A DNA stretch of 64,000 nt from positions 3,779 through 67,778 of the forward strand of contig CAOJVB010000005.1 of assembly GCA_948444845.1 (NCBI GenBank), in the 5' to 3' direction. This document shows positions 32,947-44,494 of this stretch, one piece after another. This stretch comes from an uncultured Clostridiaceae bacterium (GTDB taxonomy: Bacteria; Bacillota; Clostridia; TANB77; CAG-508). Both the position numbers and the translations under genes were made by a program. Each line of letters opens with the position of its first letter. The stretch's first letter is position 1. The notes beneath the pieces are model-generated. The model had not been told where the DNA came from, did no database searches, and worked only from the letters and a program-made list of their open reading frames with translations.

Positions 32947-35900
32947 GTGAGAGTAATGGAAAATGACGAAAAATCAAATGAAGATGTACAAAAACTAAAT
33001 GAAGATACAGAAAATAAAAATAAATTAGCAGAAGGATATAAAGAAACCAAGCATTTAGCAGAACAAGGACTTAAACTAGCTGCTAGTGTAAGCACAGGCA
33101 ATGTTGGTGAAGCTATTAAAAGTGGAATTGAAATAGCAAAAAGCAAAATGGTAAAGAAGAAAATAAAAAGAAACTTAATGATGATTTGCGCTTTTTCTAT
33201 GGCTATTATTATTCTAGCATGTTCTCTACTAGGAGTATTTGAAGCAGTTAAGCAAAAAATACAAGAACTTCTTTCTAGTATAAAAAAAGCATTAGCAAGT
33301 TTTTGGAGATGGATTACAGATGATTATTGGATAAAACTAGACGATGAAATTGAATATACAACAACTACTAATACTCGGCCAGCAAATAACCAGAAAAGGT
33401 AAAATAGCAGACGAATATATAAGACAATTATCAGACTTAGGAATTTCATTGCATTCATTAAAGTTATTAGGAGATTTTGAAATTCCAGAAGAAGATAAAA
33501 AACTAACAGAACGAGAACTTATAGAAAAAATATTAACAGATAGTAAATATAAAAAGCAAAAAGAAACTATAGAAAAATATATTTTAGAATTTATAAGAGC
33601 AGACTTAATTACTCAATCTACACATTTAAGAAGAGGAAAAGACTTAGTAAATTCAAAAAACGAAAACGAAATTGATGGAGGAGTATATATATATAGGACT
33701 CCTGAAAAAGATAAAGATGGAGAGAAAGTAGAAGTTGAAAAACCAGTAGAAGAGAAAAAGGGATATATATTTGTAGGAGAAAGTCATGTACATAAAGTAG
33801 AAGAAGCATTAACTGAAAATGATATATATGTCGAAAATCCATCTACATATGTATCAAATGTAATATCTTCTGGAAGTAATACGTATAAATATGAATATGG
33901 AACATCAGGAAATGGTACAGGAGGCAATTTGTTTTTTGTTCATACATTATATAATGGTAAAGAACCAGAATATAATACAGAAGTTGGAGATATGACACAA
34001 CAAGCTTTTCCAGAATGGATATATAGAGGAAATAGCGTAAGTGAAGGAATTAGAAAATACAATGGTACAGCAACAGCCTTTGAAAGAGTAAAAAAGATTA
34101 TATCTAATAATTCAGATATAACTAGTTGGAATGTAATAGTTATGCAGGGGTACGCTAGTGCACTTTTAGGACAACCATCATGGGACTTATATATTAGCGA
34201 CCTTTGCGATATGAGATTAGAATTAGCAGGATTAGGAGGTAAACTATATGTATCATCAACGCCTCATTCAAATGCAGGAATATGGCAACAAGATACATGT
34301 TATTCATATGGGAAAAACTCTGTGATAAATAATTTAGAAGGACCAGATAGTACAGACAATAATGCTATTTATGACCAATATAATGAATACATCAAAAAGG
34401 GTTTCTCAAATTTTATTAATGTTACATCTTCAAATACAAGCAACACAAAAGGAAAAGACGGAAATAATTATAAAAAATATACACAAGCAGGACAAGTAGA
34501 TTCAGCATTTTGTTTTGATAATTATGCTCATATAGATATAAACCATTATGATTCTTCAACAATGTATGCATGGGCAGAATACATTATAAATATTTTAGAT
34601 GGAAATGTAACACAAAATGAAGGCACAAGTGGAAATATAAATACTCCAAATGTAGTAACAAAAACCATAGATACAGCTAAATATGGATTAAATGCAGAAA
34701 AAGTAAATATAAAAATGGATAATATTAACAATGAGTACAAAATAGCATGGATATCTGACCTACATATGATGCAATCAAATGAGACGGATATAAATGAAGA
34801 ATGGTATAATAAACATTCAACTACTTTTGCGGACAGAAATAATTCATTTGGTAATTCTTCTAATCTTTTACCCAAAATTATAGAATGTTTAAATGGAAAT
34901 GACTTTGATGCTATAGTTTTTGGTGGAGATATTATGGACAACTATAGTGCACTAAACTTTGAGCAGTTGCAAAAACAAATATCGAAAATTACAAATAAAA
35001 ATGTAATGTTTTTAGCAGCAGACCATGACTACTTAACAGAAATGACAAAAAGTATGCCTATAGAGGATACTAAGAATGCTCTATCTAGTTTAGGAACAAG
35101 TGGAGCCATAAAGAAAATAGATATTGGAAAAAATGGAGATTCAATTACATTAGTTGGACAAAATTATGCAAATGAAAAAATTTCAGATAGTGCAATTAGT
35201 ACTATTAGTAATTATTTAAATAATGCAAGTAATTCACTATTTTTTACACATGTTCCTATTGAGTCAAAACAAGAACCAGGTAAAATGCAACAATGGTCTA
35301 GAGACGTACATAATGGGCAAGTGTATTACTGGAGCAATGAGGCTACTAGTGAAGGATATAAGCCATCAAGTAGTTATTTAGATACATTATATAACGCAAG
35401 CTCTTTAAAAGGAGTATTTGCAGGACATGTACATTCAACAGGTGATTTTAATTTTAACAATGGAATAAGGGAACATATATTTAAAGCAAGTTACAATAAG
35501 AGTATAGGAGTAATTACAATAAGTCCTTCAAATGTTTCAAATGGAAATAATCAAGCAGGGGGGCAACAAGGATTAAATAACAATAACCAAGGAAGTCAAC
35601 AAGGAGCTACTATTGATACGACTATACAAGATGTTAACCAAGAAAAATATGTACAAATGGAGTATGAGTCACCAGAAAAATTTCAAAAACTAGTAGATAA
35701 GCAAAGTAAGGACTTAAGATATAAATATACTATAGATAACGAAGGAAAGTTAGTAATAGCACAATTAAAAACAGTGGTTACTAAAACAAAAAAATCAGAT
35801 GATTTATTTGCGTCAACTAAAAAGGAAACTATAGTAGAAGATCTACTACATATTGACTACAAACAATATATAGAAAAATATACTCTACCATATGAATTCT

Positions 35901-37735
35901 TAATAAATTTATGTATGGTAACGCAGAATCCAGAATTTGTATACCATGTAGCAATGCTCGCAAGGCAAACAGAAATAAAGCTTGTGGTACAAGATGATAC
36001 CACAGTACAAGATGTTACTAAAGTGGAAACTCTGCAAATTCAATGTTTTAAAAATACATCAAGCTCATCAAGACAGGGCGCAGAAGTAACTAGTGATATT
36101 ATAACAGAAGTTAAGATAGAAGAAAAAACAACAACAATGGTGCCACATTTGGAAATGCAATCTGCAAATACATGGAGTTTTTATGAAAAGTACGAATATA
36201 CGAAAGAAACATATGAAGATGCTCTAAATTTACGAGTAGAAAGAATACCATGTGAAGTACCAGATACTTTACCAGATCATCACGAAGGAACTACAGAAAA
36301 TGTGATAGCAACTACAGTAGATGGAGTTCTAACATATGAAACAGTAACTACACCAGAATATTGGACTGGTGGGCCATGGGTAGTAGATAAGGTTGTAACA
36401 ACAAATACAAATATAACAACAAGGAAATATAACCCGGGAATATTATCAAATTCAGTAGAAAAGTCTAAGCAATTTTTAGGATTACTTAGAAATGATACAG
36501 GAAAATGTAAAATGCTGGATTGTCAAAATGATTCTGAAAGAGCAAAGGAATGTGCAAGAATTTCAGTATTTAATTTGAATGGTAAAAATGTAGAATATCC
36601 ATTGCCTAATTCTACAAATGTAGATGCTCCATTAAATAGGTTAATAAGTGGTGAACAAATGCTATATGACTTGTTAGGAGCTAGCTTACATGGAGGAACA
36701 GGAGAAGAAGAAACAGATGAAATAAATAGCGAATATAAGACAAAATTATCAGGAATAGTAGACCATATGAAATATTTAATGACATTCCCAGTAAATGAAG
36801 ATTTGAGTATTCCTTATGGTAGAGATGAGTATATAATACCAGATGGAGATATAGACTATGGAGATATAAGTCAAGATGAAGAAGAATTACAAATATTATA
36901 TAAAGTATGTCAGGCAGAAGCAGGAGGAAGTAAGACAGCAGAGGAAATAGGGCACGTAGCTAGTGTAGTACTAAACAGAGTAAAATCTCCTAGATTCCCT
37001 AATACAATTAAAGAAGTTGTATATCAAGCAAATCAATTCTCATGTGTGGCATATGGAAGTTTTGATAAAGCAGTACCTTCTGAAAAAACAAAAGGAGCAG
37101 TAGATAGTGTGTTAGCCTCAGGAGATACAACAGGTGGAGCATTTTGGTTTAGAACAAAAAAATCAGCTCAAAAGGCAGGTATGCCAACAAGTGCTTTAGA
37201 AAAGCATGACTTTTACGTATATTTATTTGAAGATATTAATACTCATATATTTTATACTAATCCAAAATATTTAGCAGAAACGGGCTTAGGTTCACCAGAG
37301 GCATCAGACAATATGGTTGGAGCAGCAATAGAAGTTCATAAATTTGTTAGAGAAAATGGATATAGTTATAAACAACTTGGAGTTAATGTACCAAACTATA
37401 AAACAAAAACTATAGATTGTAGTTCATATGTTTCATGGGCAATACTAAATGCAGGATATAGGAGTAATAAATTTAAAGAAGGAATGTATCAGTGGACATC
37501 AATTACATTTTATAATAACTCAGAAGGTTGGGAAGTAATAAAAGATATTTCAAATGCGAGAGCAGGAGATATAATATGTTATACTGGACACGTAGAAATA
37601 TATGCAGGTTCAACTAAAGGGAAAAAACCAGTTGTATATAATTGTGGAGGAAATGCATCAATAGCAGCAAAAGAATCATCTACATCGTCACATACAACTA
37701 GTCAAATAAAGAAAATTTTGAGGGTTCCAATTTAG
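32947..37735 (+). CDS. large multidomain cell-wall hydrolase, continuous via a +1 shift at CGGC (33376-33379)
   Basis: ORF 32947-33402 joins 33344-37735 (about 1595 aa): TM, SGNH-like (FVGESH), metallophosphoesterase (SDLH, GGDIMD, DHD, AGHVH), SleB/Hydrolase_2 (AEAG, VVLNRV, NQFS), NlpC/P60-like (IDCSSYV, GHVEIY). Confidence 0.75.
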
Positions 37736-37754
37736 AAGTAGGAGTGTAAAATAT

Positions 37755-39071
37755 ATGAAAAATAAAACAATGCTTATTATAGCAATAGTAGCAATAATTA
37801 TGATAATAATATGTGCAATATTGTTACATATAATAAGTAAATATTTAAATTCAGACTATTTAGAAACTGACTTTGAAGCACAAGAAATGTATGAGCAACA
37901 ACAGGAAATTAAATTATTAGATAATAAAAATAAATATTTTGTAGTGAAAAATATACTTTTATCAATTACTTCTTGTATAAAAGAAATAAATGGAGATATG
38001 GAATATGACACTTTTGAAATAGAAGAAAATCAAGCAATGGCAGCATTTCTAAAAGAAGGACTAGAGATAATGAATAATATGCTAGATGAGCAATATAAAA
38101 CTTCTATGAACCCAACAGAAGAAAGTATAGTGAAAATAGCTAACAGATATAATAATTATGATTATGTAATAGATAAAGTATATTACTGTGACAAATTTGT
38201 TAATATGGATATATATATAGTTGAAGCATATTTGGGTAATGAAAAGCTAAATGTTATGATAAAAACAGATACAAGTAATGATACATTTTCAATATTTTTA
38301 GAAGATTATATGAAAAAGTACAACTATAGTAATAACATGAAAATAGAAGATGTTAATATACAAAATACTTCTGTACAAAAAAATCAATATAATCAATTTA
38401 ATTATAAGAACATAACAGATAAAGCAGTAGCAAATTATTATTTTGAAAATTATACTAATATAGCAAAGTATCAAACAAAAAAAGCTTATGAGCTATTAGA
38501 AGAAGAATATAAAAACAAAAAATTTGCAACATACAATCAATTTGAAAACCATATAAAACAAAAAGAAAATACAGTTAATTTAAAAGGATATAAAATAATA
38601 AAAGGGGACGATTATACTTTATATATTTGCAAAGATAACTATAATTTTATATATATTTTTAAAGAGACATTTATAGGCAAATACACAGTACAATTAGATG
38701 ATTATACAATACCAAATAAAGAGATTACAACTTCTTATGAAGAAATGAATGAACTAGATAAAGGTGCAAATTGTGTTACAAAGTTTTTTGAAATGATAAA
38801 TATGAAAGATTATAATGAAGCATATCAAAAACTTAATAATGCATTTAAGAATAAGAAATTTGCAAAAGAACAAGATTTCCAAGAATATATTAAACAAAAA
38901 ACATTTAGTATAAATAATATAAACATAGAGTCATATTCAGAAGAAGCAGATAAGTATATATATAATGTAACTGTAACAGATGCATTAGAAAATAGTCAAG
39001 AACAATATAATTATAGAATTATAGTAAATTTACTTGAAGAGGCAGATTTCGAAATTTTATTTGAAATATAA
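37755..39071 (+). CDS. membrane-anchored hypothetical protein
   Basis: TM anchor; repeated AY..L..EYK..KF segments similar to the 31980 ORF. Confidence 0.7.
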   Translation: MKNKTMLIIAIVAIIMIIICAILLHIISKYLNSDYLETDFEAQEMYEQQQEIKLLDNKNKYFVVKNILLSITSCIKEINGDMEYDTFEIEENQAMAAFLKEGLEIMNNMLDEQYKTSMNPTEESIVKIANRYNNYDYVIDKVYYCDKFVNMDIYIVEAYLGNEKLNVMIKTDTSNDTFSIFLEDYMKKYNYSNNMKIEDVNIQNTSVQKNQYNQFNYKNITDKAVANYYFENYTNIAKYQTKKAYELLEEEYKNKKFATYNQFENHIKQKENTVNLKGYKIIKGDDYTLYICKDNYNFIYIFKETFIGKYTVQLDDYTIPNKEITTSYEEMNELDKGANCVTKFFEMINMKDYNEAYQKLNNAFKNKKFAKEQDFQEYIKQKTFSINNINIESYSEEADKYIYNVTVTDALENSQEQYNYRIIVNLLEEADFEILFEI

Positions 39072-39194
39072 AATAAATGTGTTAATATATGTAAGTTATA
39101 CTAATAAATTTTTTGGGGGCAAGCTAATAGCTTACCCCTAAAATAATATAAATTTAATAAAAATGTAAAAGTAAATAACAAAGTAGGAGATAAT

Positions 39195-40772
39195 ATGGAC
39201 ATAGAAAATTTAATAGGAAAAAAAGTAAAAGTAGAAATAATAGGAAAAACAAGTGATAATAAGTATTATATTGGAAACTCTAAAAAAGAAGGATATAAAA
39301 TATATATAAAAGATACAAATGACTATGATATACAAGAGCTAGTAGGTAAAATAAAAGAATGCATTATAATAGATATAAGGCAAAGAAAATTAATAGGATT
39401 TATATTAGACGATAGGAAATTTGTAAATGATATAAGAAAAATAGAAAATAAATTAAAAAGCACAAAAGAATACGAAAATATAAAAGATATATATTTAATG
39501 GAAAGACTAAAAATAAACGGAAAAGTGTTAGGGTTATATTTAGTTGATGAAGGAGATATAGGTAAATATTATTTAGATACTTTAGAAATAGGAACTTTTA
39601 GTAAGAAAATAAGACAAAACAATATATTATTTAAAGAAAGAAAAATAGAAGAAGAATTAGGAAAGCAAATAAGAGATGTAGTAATGAGTATAGACTTAGC
39701 AAAAAAGGAAATATCTTTAAGAGAGGAGAAAGAAAAACAAAAGCACTTAATAGAAAAAGCATTAGGAATTGAAGCAGAATATGAAATAACGAAAATTGCA
39801 ACAATAAGTTTAAAACAGAAAATATTAGAAGAAAAGAAGAGGAAAACAAAAAATGAAAATCAAAAAATAAACAAAACGATTAATATACAAAAAAATTTAG
39901 CTAAAATAAAAGATGTAAATATAAAACAAGAAATGAAAATGAGTAGTAAAGTATCAGATATGAAAACATTAGAACAAATATTAAAAGACGATAAAAAATT
40001 ACCACAAATAAGAAATAAAAAATTTATAAAAATGGGAATAATAGAATCAGATCACACAGATAACCTATTAGATATAAAAACAGGGCAAAAGGCAAGAGTA
40101 AATACAACAAGGTATTCATTTGTAGCAATAGCAACTGATGGAACAGTAGTACCATTAGACTTAAAGCAAGACCACCAAGAAGGAAATAACCCAAATGAAA
40201 TAAATTACCAAGTAAATCAAAAAGGAGAAGTAGAGCAAGATGATGTGACTTCTAGGTTTAAAATAGGAAATGGAACATTTGCTATAAAAAATGGAGAATA
40301 TGGAGAAATAAAAGTATACCATTCACCTAGAAAAACAATAGGAGGAAATGGTGTAGAAGGAAATAAAAGTTTAGATAGACAACTTGAAACAGATAATGTA
40401 TGGATAATGAAAAAAGAAGTTAGAGATTTGGCAGCAAAATATAAAACAGGTTATAGAAGTGTAGAAGAAGGATATCAAGAAGCAAAAATGCATGAAAATG
40501 AAAAAGGTGAAATTATAGAAAAAGACAATATGAGAGTAGAAGATATAGACGGAATAGAAAATACAAAATCACACATCCATGACAATGTAGACTATGAAAA
40601 TTTGGCAGTAAAATTAGGATATTATAAAGAAGGAAAACCAAATTTAGAAAAAGCAAAGCAATTATATGAACAAAAGAGAAAAGAAAATCCAAAAGCAAAA
40701 CAAAAAGAAATAATAGAAATGCTAACAGAAGAATTAGAAGAACAAATAGGGCATGCAGGAGAAAGTAGATAG
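39195..40772 (+). CDS. hypothetical protein
   Basis: 525-aa Lys/Glu-rich ORF with AGGAGA RBS. Confidence 0.7.
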   Translation: MDIENLIGKKVKVEIIGKTSDNKYYIGNSKKEGYKIYIKDTNDYDIQELVGKIKECIIIDIRQRKLIGFILDDRKFVNDIRKIENKLKSTKEYENIKDIYLMERLKINGKVLGLYLVDEGDIGKYYLDTLEIGTFSKKIRQNNILFKERKIEEELGKQIRDVVMSIDLAKKEISLREEKEKQKHLIEKALGIEAEYEITKIATISLKQKILEEKKRKTKNENQKINKTINIQKNLAKIKDVNIKQEMKMSSKVSDMKTLEQILKDDKKLPQIRNKKFIKMGIIESDHTDNLLDIKTGQKARVNTTRYSFVAIATDGTVVPLDLKQDHQEGNNPNEINYQVNQKGEVEQDDVTSRFKIGNGTFAIKNGEYGEIKVYHSPRKTIGGNGVEGNKSLDRQLETDNVWIMKKEVRDLAAKYKTGYRSVEEGYQEAKMHENEKGEIIEKDNMRVEDIDGIENTKSHIHDNVDYENLAVKLGYYKEGKPNLEKAKQLYEQKRKENPKAKQKEIIEMLTEELEEQIGHAGESR

Positions 40773-41233
40773 AAAAGTACTCTATTTTAAGTTAAAAATG
40801 TAGGGGTCGGCTAGTAGCTCTGCTAAGAGGCGAAATCTCTTCCTTGTACACTAAAAAAGTACTTTGTTTTAAGTTAAAATGTAGGGGCGATTAGTAATCG
40901 CCCGCATGGCGAAGCCACTTTTATGCCCAACAATTTTCGCTGCTACTACGAAAACTAATTGTTAAAATCAATATAAAAATTGCTTTACATTAAAAAATGG
41001 TTATGCTATAATTTTTTATATTAAATAAATTATCTATATAAACAATTATTACTAAAATTTTTCAGAGAAATGACTACTATATTGAGGAATAGTAAAGAAT
41101 TGTTATATATATTATAAAAATATTAAAAATAATAAAATTTTTAATGAATAATAAAGAAATGAATGGTAAATAATTAAAAATTAAATATATAAGGCGAACA
41201 TATTCGACTGTATTTTTTAGAAGAGGAGTAAAC

Positions 41234-42154
41234 ATGAATCAAATATTATATGTAGAAAAAAATAAAAAATCAGGAAAGTTAGAAACTAAAACAACAGTAA
41301 AAATTTTTGCAATAATAATTTTAATATTTGGAATAATTCTAGCAATATTCGGTGGTTATAAAATATATAATTCAGTAATAGTAGAAGGAAAAAAAGAACC
41401 AATAATTGAAATTACAGAAATAGAAGGAAAATTACAGCTAAAAGTAACACATAATAAAGCAATAGATAAAATAATATATACATGGAATTCAGGACAAGAA
41501 AATATATTACAAGGAAAAAATAGAAGTGAAATAGTAGAAATAATAGAAGAGCCATTTGGAAATAACAAATTAAACTTAAAGATAATAGATAAAAATAAAA
41601 AAGAGACAACATATGAAAAAGAATTTTATAAAGAGGAAAAAGATACTATAAATCCAGAAATAGAATTCGAAGTAGAAGGTTCAAAAATAAAAATAGTAGC
41701 AAAAGATGAAACAGCCATAAGCTATATAATGTATCATTGGAATGATGAAGAAGATACAATAGTAGAAGTAGCAGAAGAAAATGGTAAACGAATAGAAGAA
41801 AGGATATCAATACTAAAAGGACAAAATGTTCTTACAACAGTGGCAGTAGATAAAGAAGGAAACGAATCGAAAAAAGAGCAAATATTCAAATATGTTAAAA
41901 AGCCAAATATCCAAATAGTTCAAGAAAATGACCAAGTGCTTATAACAGTAACAGATGAAGAAAACATAAAGAAAATAGATATGAATATAAATGGAAGTGG
42001 ACTATCAACAGATCCAGATAATACAGATGTTCCACTTAACTTAAAAGAAGCACAATTTGTACAAAAACTAGTACCAGGAAAGAATACGATAACCGTAACA
42101 GCCTACAATGTAAGTGGATTATCAGAGCAAGTAACACAAGAAATAACACTGTAA
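41234..42154 (+). CDS. membrane-anchored protein with Ig-like beta repeats
   Basis: TM anchor; three P.I...G.N.L.I.A.D..G-type modules. Confidence 0.7.
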   Translation: MNQILYVEKNKKSGKLETKTTVKIFAIIILIFGIILAIFGGYKIYNSVIVEGKKEPIIEITEIEGKLQLKVTHNKAIDKIIYTWNSGQENILQGKNRSEIVEIIEEPFGNNKLNLKIIDKNKKETTYEKEFYKEEKDTINPEIEFEVEGSKIKIVAKDETAISYIMYHWNDEEDTIVEVAEENGKRIEERISILKGQNVLTTVAVDKEGNESKKEQIFKYVKKPNIQIVQENDQVLITVTDEENIKKIDMNINGSGLSTDPDNTDVPLNLKEAQFVQKLVPGKNTITVTAYNVSGLSEQVTQEITL

Positions 42155-42169
42155 AAATAAGGAGTAACC

Positions 42170-43132
42170 ATGTTACAAGAAATATATGTAATAGATGATA
42201 AAATAGAATTAGAAGAAAAACTAAAGAAAATGTTTAAAGAAGAAAAAGAATATAGAATAACAAAAGTAGTAAAAGAAAACTTAGAAGTAGCATTAAAAAA
42301 TATACCATCACTAATAATAGTTAATGAAAGTAACAATATAAACGATACTATACAAATATGCAAAAAAATAAAAAGTAATGAAGATAATAGTATAACACCA
42401 ATTATTATAATTTCAAATAACAAAGAACATTGTCATAAATTAGAAATGTTAGAGTTAGGGGTTCTATACTATATTAAACAGCCTATAGATGAAGGATATT
42501 TATACCACACAATAACTAACATACTAAAACTATTATATGTAAATAGAAGGGTAAGCCCATTAACAGGCCTTCCAGGAAATGTACAAATACAAGCAGAAAT
42601 AAAAAAACGAATACTAAATAAAGAAGAATTTTGCCTAATGTACTTCGACTTAGATAATTTTAAAGCATATAATGATGTATATGGTTTCTTAAAAGGAGAC
42701 GAAATTATAAAGTTTACATCTAAAGTAATTTTAAAAAATGTGCATAGTGAAGAATTAGAAAATAGCTTTGTAGGGCATATAGGAGGAGATGACTTCATAG
42801 CAATTGTACCAGGAAGGGAATGTGAAAGCATATGCCAAAATATAATTGCAGAATTTGACTTTAATGTAAAAAGATATTACACAGCAGAAGATAGTAAAAA
42901 AGGCTATATACAAATTGCGAACAGAAAAGGAATAATAGAAGAATTTCCATTAACATCTATTTCAATAGGTGTAGTAGAAGTAGAAAGTGGAAAATATGAT
43001 AATGTATTAGAAATAGGAGAAGTAGGAGCATCAGTAAAGCATTTAGCCAAAACAATTCAAGGAAGCACATATGTAATAGATAGAAGAAAAAAACAACAAA
43101 AGGTCGAGGAAATAGTGATGGAAGAGATATAA
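42170..43132 (+). CDS. receiver domain-GGDEF diguanylate cyclase
   Basis: Degenerate REC domain; SPLTGLPGN, DLDNFKAYND.YG...GD, HIGGDDF. Confidence 0.9.
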   Translation: MLQEIYVIDDKIELEEKLKKMFKEEKEYRITKVVKENLEVALKNIPSLIIVNESNNINDTIQICKKIKSNEDNSITPIIIISNNKEHCHKLEMLELGVLYYIKQPIDEGYLYHTITNILKLLYVNRRVSPLTGLPGNVQIQAEIKKRILNKEEFCLMYFDLDNFKAYNDVYGFLKGDEIIKFTSKVILKNVHSEELENSFVGHIGGDDFIAIVPGRECESICQNIIAEFDFNVKRYYTAEDSKKGYIQIANRKGIIEEFPLTSISIGVVEVESGKYDNVLEIGEVGASVKHLAKTIQGSTYVIDRRKKQQKVEEIVMEEI

Positions 43133-43737
43133 GTGGAGAAGGAGTTATAGATTCATTACTTCCAATTTTGTCAGGAGCACCAATAAATATTAAAGTACAA
43201 AACAGAGAGTTTCAATTTGAAACTAAGAACTTAAAAATATTTTTAATGGATGCATGTTCAGGAATAGAAAAAGTAAAAGCAAAAAGATTAGATGAAAAAG
43301 TTTTAGGGTTTCAAATGCCTAGCAATAAAAGCAAAAAAAATTTATCACCTGAAAAGAGTATATATACAAAAGAAGACTTAATAGAATATGGTTTTACCCC
43401 AGAGTTTGTAGGTAGAATTACCAAAATTCATGTAACAAACCCTATTGAAACAGAAACGCTAATACGGATACAAAAGGAATCAAAGCAATCTGCATTTATG
43501 ACATATGCAAGAGGTCTTTGGAATATGGGAATTGATTTGAAAACATATAATAACTTTTTTAAAGAAATTGCAGAATCAACATTAAACTATGGCACAGGTG
43601 CACGTGAACTTGAAAACATGACAAATTATGTATTTGAAAAAGCGATGTATGAAATTTATAATAGTGAAGATAGGTTTAGTGTATTAGAACTAAGAGAAGG
43701 AATAACAAAAGATAACTCAAACTTTGTACTATATTAA
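43084..43737 (+). pseudogene. C-terminal fragment of a ClpX-like AAA+ ATPase
   Basis: Frame open from 43084: GRDISGEGVIDSLL, DLIEYGF.PEFVGR, TGAREL; Walker A/B, start codon and RBS absent. Confidence 0.75.
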
Positions 43738-43882
43738 AATAAACAATATAGAAAAATTCATTTAAATAATTTTAAAAAATTAATAAAAGACTAGACATAT
43801 TAGATTAAAAGCTATATAATATGTCTAGTTTTATGTAACTTTTTAATGTTTGTTTTTCTTTTTTGATTAAAGGAGGAATAAT

Positions 43883-44287
43883 ATGGGGTATATAAGAAGT
43901 AACACAGTAAGTTTTGCAAAAGAAAATTTTAAAGATCTCCCCCCTTTACCAGATCCATTACCCTCAATGAGGCTTGACGAAACAAAGGAACAATATCTAC
44001 TGAGATTAAGAACATGGAGAGATGAAAGATCATTCAATGAGGATCGAGTCATAGGAGAGTTAGACGAGGAATTTGAAGCTATACCATACGAGGAAGACAT
44101 TGTAGTTCAACATGTTTTACCAAAACAACCAGAAAAACTAGAACCAATGAGGCATAACGAAACACTGCAACAATATACAAAGAGATTAAATAGGATAAAA
44201 GACGAGAAATACCCATTTGATGATAATCTAGTCATAGGAGAGTTGGACGAGGAATTTGAAACTATTCCATATGATGGAGAGGAGTAA
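43883..44287 (+). CDS. hypothetical acidic protein with internal duplication
   Basis: MR..ET..QY..RL....DE..F....VIGELDEEFE.IPY twice; AGGAGG RBS. Confidence 0.7.
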   Translation: MGYIRSNTVSFAKENFKDLPPLPDPLPSMRLDETKEQYLLRLRTWRDERSFNEDRVIGELDEEFEAIPYEEDIVVQHVLPKQPEKLEPMRHNETLQQYTKRLNRIKDEKYPFDDNLVIGELDEEFETIPYDGEE

Positions 44288-44494
44288 GAACTTCAACAAC
44301 TTATTAATTAATAAAAATAACGTACAATAAATAAATATTGTACGTTATTTTTGTAGAAAAGAAAGTGTGTAAAAAATACATTTAACAATAAATAGTTTAG
44401 AGAAGGCTATAAAAGATACAGCTTTATTAAATTATTAACTAAAAAGAGTATAAAATAACAAAACATTTCATATATATTTATGGGGTGTTTTTAT

